Source: Methanomassiliicoccaceae archaeon (GTDB lineage: Archaea > Thermoplasmatota > Thermoplasmata > Methanomassiliicoccales > Methanomassiliicoccaceae). Taken from it: DNA of 64,000 nucleotides. Under the pieces are notes generated by a model. That model was not told the DNA's origin. It did no database searches and was given only the letters and a program-made list of their open reading frames with translations. The stretch spans positions 1 through 64,000 of the forward strand of contig CAVSJV010000003.1 of NCBI GenBank assembly GCA_963728405.1. The letters are read 5' to 3'. Numbering within the stretch: position 1 is the stretch's first letter; each line of letters opens with the position of its first letter. Below, piece after piece: positions 54,777 to 64,000 of this stretch. Position numbers and translations under genes: made by a program.

Positions 54777-56412
54777 TCAGTCCTCGTCCCCGCCCATATC
54801 GGGGGCGGCGTTGGGTCCGCCCATGCCGGGGCCCATGCCCCTGGCGGCGATGACATCGTCGATCCTCAGGATGAGGATGGCGGCGTCGGTGGCGGAGTTA
54901 AGCGCCTGGCGGCTGACCCGGATAGGCTCGATGACCTTCTGGTCCAGCATGTCCACGACCTTGCCGGTGTAGACGTTCAGTCCCGCGTGGACCTTTCCGT
55001 CCTTGTGGGCCTTCCTCATGTTGATGAGGATGTCGATGGGGTCAAGTCCAGCGTTCTCAGCGAGAGCGGTGGGGACGACCTCAAGGGCACTAGCATAGGC
55101 GTCGATGGCGATCTGCTCGCGTCCGCCGACCGAAGCGGCGTACTCGCGCAGCTTCATGGCCAGTTCGACCGCGGTGCTTCCGCCGCCGGTGACGATCTTT
55201 CCGTCCTCGATGGCGACGGCCACTACACTCATGGCGTCGTCCAGGGAGCGCTCGACCTCGTCGATGACTGTGCTCGGTGCCGCCCTTCAGTAGGAGGGAG
55301 ACAGCCTTGGGGTTCTTGCAGCCAGTGACGAAGGTCATTTCCTCTTCGCCCAGCTGGCGGACCTCGATCATGGAGGCGCAGCCAAGCTCATCGGCTTCCA
55401 GCTCCTCGATCTTGGTGACAACGGTGGCTCCGGTGGCCTTGGCCAGCTTGTCCATGTCGGACTTCTTGACCCGGCGGACCGCGAATATCTTTTCCTTGGC
55501 CAGGAAGTGCTGGGCGAGGTCGTCGATACCCTTCTGGCAGAATACGACGTTCGCTCCGGAATCCTTGACGTTGGCGACCATCTTGCGCAGCATGTTCTCT
55601 TCCTCGGCGAGGAAGGCCTGCATCTGGGACGGGTCGGTGATCTCGATCTTGGCGTCGATCTCGGTCTTCTGGACCTCGATGGCCGCGTCGAGCAGGGCGA
55701 TCTTGGCCTTCTCGATCTTCTTGGGCATGCCAGGGTGCACCGGCTCCTTGTCGATGATTATGCCCTGGATGAACTGGGTGTCGTCCATGGACCCGCCGGT
55801 CTTCTTAACGACCTGGATGTTGTCCATGTCCACGTACCACTTGCCATTGGTCTGCTCGGCCACCGCGGACACGGCCTTCACGGCCATGTCAGCGAGATTC
55901 TCCCGGGAGCCGCTGACCGACTTGGAGATCATGGAGGTCTCCGCGATCAGCTTCAAGGTCTTCTTGTCCTTGATGTCGACGTCCATGGCTATGGTGTCGA
56001 GGACCTCCTGGGCCTTGGTGGCGGCTAACCTGTAGCCACCGGCGATTATGGTGGGGTGAATGTTAGAATCGATCAGGTCCACGGCCTTCTTGAGCAACTC
56101 TCCAGCCAAAATGACCGCGGTGGTGGTCCCATCTCCGGCCTCTTCGTCCTGGGTCTTGGCGACCTCGACGAGCATCTTAGCGGCGGGGTGATCAACGTCG
56201 ATCTCCTTCAGGATAGTTACACCGTCGTTGGTGATTACTACGTCCCCCATGCTGTCAACAAGCATCTTGTCCATCCCACGGGGTCCGAGGGTGCTTCGGA
56301 CGGCGTCAGCAATGGCCCTAGCGGCCATAATGTTGTTGTACTGGGCGTCCTTACCCCTGTCTCTCTTGGTACCCTCCTTGAGGATGAGTATAGGTGTGTT
56401 TCCCATTCCCAT
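54777..56412 (-). CDS. Thermosome (group II chaperonin) subunit; indel near 55268
   Basis: [31 protein letters not shown]-rich tail. Confidence 0.96.
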
Positions 56413-56798
56413 GCTTTTACCTCCATTAATATCCATATTACGAAGCTAGGTTCTAGCTAAGCCTCCGATGAATGTTTGTTCTTCTATATAACTATAGTGT
56501 GTGCGAGGCTCCATCCAAGGATTCTAGTGGGAGAAATTGGAGAACATCTGGATTTGAAGATAGGGTCGTCAGGAGCGAAAATGTTGACAGTTGTTCCAGC
56601 TCTCGACCTTCCACGGCTGACCGGCGAGGTGTCGAGCTTTCTTGGAAACATATATGAACGGACTTACCATACGGCACTATGGGATGCACTGGACCCGGGC
56701 CGTGGGCGAGCTGGGCGATAGGTAGAACAGCATTATCTTGAACCGAACGCTGATGCCCATTATCGCCGCCCCGGACGGTCTACGCCAGGCGTGGGACG

Positions 56799-58554
56799 AT
56801 GGAAGGAAGCAGGCTGATGCTGGAAATAGGAGCTATGCTCCTGGTGGCGTTCGTAGGCGCCCTGCTGGCATCCAAGGCCAAGCAGGGGGTCATACTGGGC
56901 TACATCGCCGCCGGGGTGCTCATCGGCCCCTTCGTTTCTTTCCAGATCGGTGATTTCGCCTATCACGGCCTGATACAGGAAATGGACCTTATCGAGACCA
57001 TCTCCCAGCTTGGCCTGATCCTGCTCATCTTCTTCGTGGGGATGGAGTTCTCCATTAGCAAGATACCGCCGGGTCAAGGGCCCGGCAGTCATTCTGTCCG
57101 TCATCGATGTCGGTGTGAACCTTTTCACAGGCATACTTCTCGCGACCGCCTTGGGATGGCCGCTCATCGATACCATCTTCCTTTCCGCAGTTCTGGCCAT
57201 GAGCTGTTCCGCGGTGGCGATGAAGACCCTCATGGAGCTGGGTCGCCTGGAAAGGCCGGAGACCGAGTTCATGCTGGGCATGATCATCCTGGAGGAGTTT
57301 CTGTCGATGATCTTCCTGACCGTGGTCGGAGGGCTGATCATAAACACCGACGCCAACTTCTCCCTTACCGGCATGGTCCTGGGGCTGGTCGTGTTCTTTG
57401 TATTCTTCGTCATCATGGCCGCCCTGGTCATCCCCCGGGTCATCGCCCGCCTCCAGGGGATGAAGAGCGATGAGATGTTCGTCCTGTTCATGCTCGGGGT
57501 GATCTGCTTGTCGGCTGCGTTCGCCGAGATCTGCGGGGTACCGCCGCTGATCGGAGCGTTCTTCATCGGGATGACCTTCGCGGAAACGAAGGTCATGAAG
57601 CGGTCGGAGAAGATCATCACTCCCCTGAGGGACGCCTTCGTGGCCATGTTCTTCGTTTCCTTCGGCATGCTCATCAACCCCTCGCTGTTCGGATCGGTCC
57701 TAGGGATCGTTGCCATAGCCGTCCTCCTGATCATCATGGACGAGATCCTCATCATGTCCGCCATCGCCTATCTGGTAGGTTTCAGTCGGAGGGCCGCGAC
57801 ATCGGTGGGAGCGTCGTTCACCGCCCGAGGGGGTGAATCGATCATGTACGCGAGCGTGGGCAGCCAGGCAGCCGGTGCCACCAAGGGTGCGGAACTTTAC
57901 CCCATCGCCGGGGCAGTGACATTCATCATGAGCGCCCTCTGCCCCCTGTTCATCAGGAAGAGCTATCCCTTCGCCGACGGAGTAGCCAAGAAAGCTCCCC
58001 AATTTATGACCTATAGTGCCGGAGTGATCTCCCGGACATTGAACAAGCTGGTCATGCCCGACTCCCGCGTCTTCACCATGTCCCGCTCCTTGCTCTCGGC
58101 CTTCCTAGTCTGCATATTCCTTACCCTGGCCATAGTGGCTACTTCCGGGACCACGACGCTCATACTCTACATCCTGGCGACCGGATCTTGCGTCTTCGTC
58201 TGGTACTTGCTACAGAAGGATCTCCTGAATGTGGTCATAAAGGTGGACTACAACAATCTTGGGACGCTACCCGATAAGCAGAAGGTCATCAGCAGGTTCG
58301 TCGCCGCGGTCGCCTGCCTTGGCCTAGTGATGGTCGTCAACGTCGCCCTTATGTACGCCATCTACTGGCCATCAGTGGTCATCATCACCCTTGCCTATCT
58401 CCTGTGGTTCATCTACCTGATGAAGCTGTCCTATGACCGCACCTGCGACGCTTCGGCATATGCCCAGATCAGGCAGCGGGCGTCCCAGGTGCCGGTGCCG
58501 CTGGAATTGGAAAAACCACAGTTCAACCATCGCGAGCGATGGAAGGACTTCTGA
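56799..58554 (+). CDS. Cation:proton antiporter (CPA2/KefB-like); indel near 57066
   Basis: GYIAAGVLIGP, FFVGMEFS, IGAFFIG, PLRDAF..FFVSFG, RGGES. Confidence 0.88.
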
Positions 58555-58645
58555 TGTACGACTCTTGAGGGACCTAGTGCGGTCCGAGGACAAATTGAAT
58601 ATATGCTAAGAGGCTCTTGGGCTCAGGAACTATCGGAGCAGGATA

Positions 58646-59113
58646 ATGGGCGAGCTGGAAACCAGCCTGGCAGTGCTTTTCAAGCGCAAGGGCAAGAACA
58701 TCATCACCGACACCGAGTTCATCTTCACCGTGTCCTTCGATTTCAGATGGTTCACTCCGAAGGAGGCTCAGGCCCTCCTCGACATCGCCCTCAAGCGAGG
58801 ATTACTGACCCGCACCGAGGAGTTCCTGAAGCCCAACTTCGATTATAAAGACGTGGAAGCGTCCCTTTCATTCAGGCCGAGCAAGGAAGTGCTCAGCGGG
58901 GACAAAGAGGAGCAGTCCCTCTTCGCCCAACTCGTGCAATCGATCTCCGAGAAGGGTGGCCTAAAGAAACGGGATGCGGTAGCCCGGGTCAACCGGGTGC
59001 AGGAGCGCCTGGGCGTGGACGTGGAGGTCGCCGCAGTGATCGTGGCCAAGGACCTGGGCATCGACGTCTCGCCGTATCTCGAACCTGTAAAAAAAGAGAT
59101 ATTGGGCCGGTGA
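58646..59113 (+). CDS. DUF2240 family protein
   Basis: FKRKG..EFIF..SFDFRWF.P.EA, typical of this archaeal family. Confidence 0.8.
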   Translation: MGELETSLAVLFKRKGKNIITDTEFIFTVSFDFRWFTPKEAQALLDIALKRGLLTRTEEFLKPNFDYKDVEASLSFRPSKEVLSGDKEEQSLFAQLVQSISEKGGLKKRDAVARVNRVQERLGVDVEVAAVIVAKDLGIDVSPYLEPVKKEILGR

Positions 59114-59116
59114 GGC

Positions 59117-59626
59117 TCACTTCTTCTTGATCATGTCGCCCAAGGTCATGTTCTTGCCCTGGGAGTGACCGCCTTCCGGCTTCACGAGCGCTACCTTTTC
59201 GGTCAGCTTGATGTTCAGCTCGTGCTCCAGCTTCTTGAGCAGGGCGTCGGTCGGCCGCATCGTGCCGTTCTCCAGTTTCCCGATGACGCTCGCTTTCTCG
59301 TTGATCTTGGCGGCCAGATCCTCCTGCTTCCAGTCCCGCGCTATCCTGGCCTCCCGAATGGCCTTTGAATATTCAGGTATGAGATCGGTGGTCTCCTCGT
59401 CCGAATAAATGGAGCGAGTCTTCATCCTCCGTTCCCGGGCCTGCAAGCGCTCGGCCACCATGGTCCTGGTGGGCCCGGCGGCCGTGCTCTTCTTCTTGGC
59501 GCCGCCCCCCTTGCCGTCCGAGCTCTCCCCAAAGCGAGCGCACTCCTTGCACACCTTGAGCTGGGTGCCCTCGATGAAGATCGCCTTGGTGAGATCGGAC
59601 TCCTTACCACATATCTCGCATATCAT
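59117..59626 (-). CDS. Archaeal multiprotein bridging factor aMBF1
   Basis: CEICG..VCKEC zinc ribbon plus HTH (IREAR..QEDLA..KLE), TLGD tail. Divergent from pan. Confidence 0.93.
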   Translation of the reverse strand: MICEICGKESDLTKAIFIEGTQLKVCKECARFGESSDGKGGGAKKKSTAAGPTRTMVAERLQARERRMKTRSIYSDEETTDLIPEYSKAIREARIARDWKQEDLAAKINEKASVIGKLENGTMRPTDALLKKLEHELNIKLTEKVALVKPEGGHSQGKNMTLGDMIKKK

Positions 59627-59859
59627 GGCCGTTCGATTCACTAACAATGAACCACGATATAATTTCTATGCCGCGAGGTGCACTACAGAGTCTGCGAATA
59701 ATATGAATAGCATTATTAATGCATTGAAGCACTATTAGAGGAAAGAGCGTAGGGGCCATGCTCCTGCTAGGTCTGGGATACATTATGAGCGTATGCTGGC
59801 TGCTCGTGCCTTCATACGAAACAGTCATATAGCTCAGGCCTTAATGTAGCGATGCCGAG

Positions 59860-61077
59860 GTGACCAGTTTGAAAGAACCCCAGCTAGAAGAGCTCGTGAC
59901 CGAGATGCGGGACAAGGTCGAGGTCCTGGAAAGACGTAACGGCGAACTCCTAGAGGAGATACGTAGAGTAGAGGGGGAAAAACGCTACGTCGAGAGCGAG
60001 CTTTTCCGGCTACAGAAGGAACTCAAGCGGATGCGCGCGGAGATGGAAAGGCTGAAGTCCCCGCCGCTGATCATCGGCGCCATCAAGGACATCCTCGTCG
60101 ATGGCCGCGTCATCGTCAAGAGCTCCACGGGCCCTGACTTCATAGTCTCCACCTCGGAGTACGTCCCGGTGGAGGATCTCATTGTCGGCGCGCGGGTAGC
60201 CCTTAATAAACAGACACTCGCCGTGATGGGCGTGCTGCCGCCGTCCCTGGACCCCATCGTCATCGGGGCGGAGATCATCGACAAGCCCGCGATCACCTAT
60301 GCTGAGATCGGCGGCCTCGAAGAACAGATAATGGAGGTCCGGGAGGCGGTCGAGTACCCCCTGCTACGGCCGGAGCTGTACAAGAAGGTCGGCATCGAGC
60401 CGCCCAAGGGCGTTCTCCTGGTAGGCCCGCCCGGAACGGGCAAGACCCTTCTGGCCAAGGCCGTTGCTCACCAGACCAACGCGACGTTCATAAGGTTCGT
60501 CGGCTCGGAGCTGGTCCAGAAGTACATCGGAGAGGGCGCCCGGCTGGTCCGCGAGCTGTTCGAACTTGCCAAGGATAAGGCACCTAGCATCGTGTTCATC
60601 GACGAGCTTGACTCCATAGGGGCCAAGAGACTGGAGGTCGCCACCTCCGGGGACCGTGAGGTCCAAAGGACCCTCATGCAGTTGCTATCGGAGCTGGATG
60701 GCTTCAACCCCATCGGCGAGGTCAGAATCATTGGCGCCACCAACCGCCCGGACATCCTGGACGAGGCGCTGCTACGGCCGGGGAGGTTCGACAGGATCAT
60801 CGAGATACCCATTCCGGGCTACGAGGGACGGCTGGAGATCCTCAAGATCCACACCAAGAAGATGGCCATCGAGGATAATATCACCCTGCCCGAGCTGGCC
60901 ATGAAGGCCGAAGGAGCGACCGGCGCAGACCTCAAGGCCATCTGCACCGAAGCAGGCATGTTCGCCATCCGCGATAACCGCGAAAAGATCAACATGTCAG
61001 ACTTCGAGAGAGCGATCATCAAGGTCCTGGACAACGAGGCGACCGATGTCGTCGAGTCCGGTGTGATGTTCGCCTGA
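59860..61077 (+). CDS. pan: Proteasome-activating nucleotidase
   Basis: Coiled coil, [28 protein letters not shown]-terminal MFA (HbYX-like). Confidence 0.97.
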   Translation: MTSLKEPQLEELVTEMRDKVEVLERRNGELLEEIRRVEGEKRYVESELFRLQKELKRMRAEMERLKSPPLIIGAIKDILVDGRVIVKSSTGPDFIVSTSEYVPVEDLIVGARVALNKQTLAVMGVLPPSLDPIVIGAEIIDKPAITYAEIGGLEEQIMEVREAVEYPLLRPELYKKVGIEPPKGVLLVGPPGTGKTLLAKAVAHQTNATFIRFVGSELVQKYIGEGARLVRELFELAKDKAPSIVFIDELDSIGAKRLEVATSGDREVQRTLMQLLSELDGFNPIGEVRIIGATNRPDILDEALLRPGRFDRIIEIPIPGYEGRLEILKIHTKKMAIEDNITLPELAMKAEGATGADLKAICTEAGMFAIRDNREKINMSDFERAIIKVLDNEATDVVESGVMFA

Positions 61078-61190
61078 AACCATTTCCACCAACCTTTTCT
61101 ATTTTCTAATTATAAATTATTTAAAGGTATAATCAAACGAAGATAATGATGCCTAACTTGTTAAATAATTAGGCCTATAATCCACCTGCA

Positions 61191-61526
61191 ATGAAGTATG
61201 TGGAGGTCCCCAAGATCTTCGTGGACGAGATGTCAGCGAAGATACTCTTGACCGCCCTATATCGGCCTCGTTCGGCACTGGAGATCTGCCGCGCATCCGG
61301 AGTTCCAGTGGCCGAGGTCTTCTCCCGGCTGCTCGTTCTGGAAAAGAAAGGTTTGATACAAAAGGTCTCGCACCGCACCACCCTCGAGGGCAAGGAGATC
61401 CAGACCTATCAATCGATGTTCCATGATGCCTATGTCTTCATCGATAAGGGAAAGTTGAAGGCCCGGTTCCAACTGGTGAGCTATGGCCAGGCCGAGTTCT
61501 CCGTCGACGGTGAGGCTCTACTCTGA
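61191..61526 (+). CDS. Winged-helix (ArsR-like) protein
   Basis: DEMSAKILL..PRSALEI..GVPVA.V..L.KKGLI. Confidence 0.75.
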   Translation: MKYVEVPKIFVDEMSAKILLTALYRPRSALEICRASGVPVAEVFSRLLVLEKKGLIQKVSHRTTLEGKEIQTYQSMFHDAYVFIDKGKLKARFQLVSYGQAEFSVDGEALL

Positions 61527-62294
61527 GGAAGGGCGAGAACCGGCGTCCTCTCCTCCCTCGAAGAACTGCTGCACCATGCTATAGATGTCCTCCATGCCGG
61601 TCCCTTCCATGGCCGAGACGGGGGTCAGCTCCTTGTACATGCCCACGTTCTCCATGGCCTTGAGGAATTCGATGCTGATGACCGCCTGGGAGCTCATGTC
61701 CTTGTCCGTCAGAGAATTATAGAGCGCGAACGAATCGCGGGACCAGTTGGCCAGCTCCTCCAGCTCCTCCTCTTTCAGGATGTCGGACTTCGATAGCACG
61801 TTAAGGATGGGCAGAGAGAACCGGAACTGGGTGATGCCACACAGCAGCATGTCGGAGACAAAGCCATTGGGAGTACGAGCTAATGTCGGATCGGAAAGGA
61901 AGACCAGAAAGCTATCCTCATGCCCCAACTCCTCCACTAATGCGGTCGAGGACTGCCGAAAGGCGAACAGCTCCATCTGTCCAGGGGTATCTATGAGGCA
62001 GTAATCGGTCTCCATCTTCTTGACCACCGGCACCCATTCCTTAGAGTTCACGGCCATGAGGTCCGCTGCTACGATCTGCGCGCCGTTGGGACCGAGCGAA
62101 TATTCCCTCATGATCTCTTCCAGATTGACCCAGTCCCGGATGTCCACGTCCGCCTGATAGGGAATGAAGTCAGCGCCGGGGTCCAGATTCACGATGATGC
62201 TGTCGATGTTGTTGCTCCCGAGCCATTCATGGAAGGCCTGTACCATGGAGCTCTTGCCGCTACCGGCGGTGCCGATGAAGTAAACGTAATGCAT
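61518..62294 (-). CDS. GPN-loop GTPase
   Basis: GTAGSGKS, NLDPG, LGPNG, DTPGQME, SKSD. Confidence 0.95.
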   Translation of the reverse strand: MHYVYFIGTAGSGKSSMVQAFHEWLGSNNIDSIIVNLDPGADFIPYQADVDIRDWVNLEEIMREYSLGPNGAQIVAADLMAVNSKEWVPVVKKMETDYCLIDTPGQMELFAFRQSSTALVEELGHEDSFLVFLSDPTLARTPNGFVSDMLLCGITQFRFSLPILNVLSKSDILKEEELEELANWSRDSFALYNSLTDKDMSSQAVISIEFLKAMENVGMYKELTPVSAMEGTGMEDIYSMVQQFFEGGEDAGSRPSSE

Positions 62295-62576
62295 GTCCTC
62301 GTCTCCGAACCCGTACTATATCTTGGTGAGAGGGAGGACGGGGGATAAAGTTTGCTAACCATTCCTGACCGAAAACGCTAGAGGCCCTCGAATCTAACAT
62401 GATCAGTATGGCGCTCCGTTCCCTCCCAGTCCAGGGGATGGCTGGCCTTCCCGCGGGAAGGCCTGTCCGGTGATGAGAGGGGCGGCCCAGGCGATTACTC
62501 GAACCACACATGCCGAGCACAGGAGCAAATGGCATCCTGAACTAAGATAGTGATAGAATAAAGGGAAAATAGAGAG

Positions 62577-62651
62577 CGGGCCAGGTGCGATTTGAACGCA
62601 CGACAGACGGATTAAGAGTCCGGTCCCTTAACCTGGCTAGAGTACTGGCCC
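62577..62651 (-). tRNA. tRNA-Lys(CTT), atypical D-arm and anticodon stem
   Basis: GGGCCAG TA CTCT AGCCAGGTTA AGGG A CCGGA CTCTTAA TCCGT CTGTC GTGCG TTCAAAT CGCAC CTGGCCC G; anticodon CTT. Confidence 0.88.
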
Positions 62652-63117
62652 CTGTGTAGGCCGTGAAATATAGTCATCGTACATAAGCCTTTCTAAGCCT
62701 AAGGCCCGAATATTTTACAATTCGGAGCAAGAAGGCCCATGATCGAGATCATGGGATGAATTGCGATAGATCCTTTGAATACGCTCATTTCGGTGCTCTC
62801 CAGGTCATTGTACTGATGCACTTCAATGTGCATGCAGCTCTGACACCTAATGCCTGGTTCGCTCCTTCGGGACGACCAGGTAGTTGACCGCATCGGCCAG
62901 GAGCATCGTTCGCTCTCGTTCTTGGCCACTAGATGTTGGTCGATTGCACCAAGGTAGAGATTGGTGCAAGGGCCGCATTGATACGCCCCGGGAGGCTCCG
63001 TCATGAACGTACCGACCTCGGGATCCCACGAATTGATTCATGGGAGTGTCAAAGGCTTAGTAAACTCGGGGCGCTCGCGGGCAATGCATATATACTCCAG
63101 AGTTGCGAGTCGACATC

Positions 63118-63627
63118 ATGACCCAGGTGAACAAGGTGATGACCCCCGCGGTGCTCAAATTGAGGAAGGGGACCACTCTAGGCGAGGCCACCACCTTGAT
63201 GTCCAAGAACGGCATCTCTGGCGCCCCGGTCGTGGATAACGAGGACCGCCTGGTCGGGATATTGTGCGAGAGCGATATCTTGGAGTTCGCGGCCAGCAAA
63301 GAAGGCGTGGGGTTGGAGATCGGGACCTTGTCCTTTGTCGCCCTCCCCTACGACCGCATCGTGAGGGACGAGGAGCTGTGCCGCCGTTATAAGAGTGTCG
63401 GCGACACCAAGGTGGAGGATGCCATGAATGACGAGGTTGTGACCATCGATGTCGATGACACCGTGGAGACGGCTCTCGACACCATGGTCCGGATGGGATT
63501 CAATCGCCTGCCCGTCACTCATAATGGAAAATTGGTGGGCATGATAGCTAGGCAGGACGTGCTCATTGCCCTTTGCCGGGAGATGGGCGACAAGCAATCG
63601 CCATTGTGCGCGACCGTACTACGCTAG
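63118..63627 (+). CDS. CBS-pair domain protein
   Basis: VMT..ISGAPVVD..LVGIL.ESDI; AMN..NRLPV..LVGMIARQD. Confidence 0.92.
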   Translation: MTQVNKVMTPAVLKLRKGTTLGEATTLMSKNGISGAPVVDNEDRLVGILCESDILEFAASKEGVGLEIGTLSFVALPYDRIVRDEELCRRYKSVGDTKVEDAMNDEVVTIDVDDTVETALDTMVRMGFNRLPVTHNGKLVGMIARQDVLIALCREMGDKQSPLCATVLR

Positions 63628-63677
63628 TTATTTTAACCCGCCGACGTGTGACGGGTCCGGGATGCGGACTGAGCTCT

Positions 63678-64000
63678 ATTGAGGTGCACGTGCTTGCCAG
63701 CGGTAGTGACGGCAACTGCACGGTGATCGCCACAGAGGATACCACGGTCATGATCGATGCCGGCATATCGGGCCGGAGGATCGGCCAGCTGATGGAGCGG
63801 GTCGGTCTGGACCCCAAGAAGCTAGACGCGATACTTCTCACTCATGAGCATTCCGACCACATCAGCGGGGCCGGAATAATGTCCCGAAAGTACAAGGTCC
63901 CCATCTGTTGCAATGGATCCACCTTGGTTTGCTCTAACATCGGGACCGTCCACAGATCGATCATCTTCGAGACGATGAAGAGGTTCGAGATCGGTTGCTT
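63678..64000 (+). CDS. MBL-fold metallo-hydrolase (YycJ/WalJ-like), 3'-partial
   Basis: EVHVLASGSDGNC..IDAG..LTHEHSDH. Start codon uncertain (ATT 63678, CTG 63669 or GTG 63648). Confidence 0.88.
   Translation, partial: MEVHVLASGSDGNCTVIATEDTTVMIDAGISGRRIGQLMERVGLDPKKLDAILLTHEHSDHISGAGIMSRKYKVPICCNGSTLVCSNIGTVHRSIIFETMKRFEIGC

Noticed and set aside
56443-56458. Shared heat-shock operator (AGCTAG-GTT-CTAGCT at the thermosome; ATAGAT-N6-ATCTAT at Hsp20, 14022-14039)
   Set aside because: Both are palindromes in plausible positions, but they differ in sequence and spacing, so a common regulon motif is not supported.
62699-63041. Short minus-strand ORFs upstream of tRNA-Lys
   Set aside because: Low-information translations in overlapping frames; possibly a gene remnant, but unsupported.
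13978-63627. TAG-ending genes (kamA-like, nrdG, transaldolase, kinase, GGR, gdhA, rbcL, GPN GTPase, CBS) as pyrrolysine-extended proteins
   Set aside because: Each TAG falls at the expected family C-terminus, and no internal in-frame TAG within a conserved domain was noticed.
1-64000. CRISPR array, rRNA genes, IS transposases, reverse transcriptase/DGR
   Set aside because: No regularly spaced direct repeats, rRNA signatures, DDE/HUH transposase or RT motifs were seen. The FN3 repeats are divergent at DNA level and are not template/variable repeat pairs.

Overview
Archaeal chromosome segment, most consistent with Methanomassiliicoccales (Thermoplasmata). Supporting genes include hdrB/hdrC/mvhD, form III RuBisCO, PCNA, TFS, Alba, thermosome with dnaK/dnaJ/grpE, PAN, aMBF1, several KaiC-like ATPases and DUF835. 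Positions 1-11788 form an accessory island abutting the 3' end of tRNA-Val(CAC). It carries a tyrosine integrase preceded by a ~290-bp leader with two 18-bp palindromes and RNA-like pairing, an unannotated 51-aa very acidic ORF divergent from a winged-helix gene, and an AT-rich inverted-repeat/iteron-like patch. Its largest gene encodes a >2780-codon surface protein (12 FN3-like repeats, PPC domain, DxDxDG Ca-binding repeats, amphipathic tail) that runs off the left edge and has one in-frame TAA. The rest is mostly core genome: a KamA-family enzyme with the glutamate 2,3-aminomutase signature, three tandem KaiC-like ATPases with a variant Walker A, an mvhD/hdrD-like/hdrCB module, transketolase-transaldolase, the AMP-salvage operon (R15P isomerase, RuBisCO, AMP phosphorylase), a chaperone locus and an atypical tRNA-Lys(CTT). 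About 13 genes, including essential ones, carry single-base frameshifts, which points to long-read assembly error rather than biology. All family assignments come from motif recognition by eye; no database searches were run.
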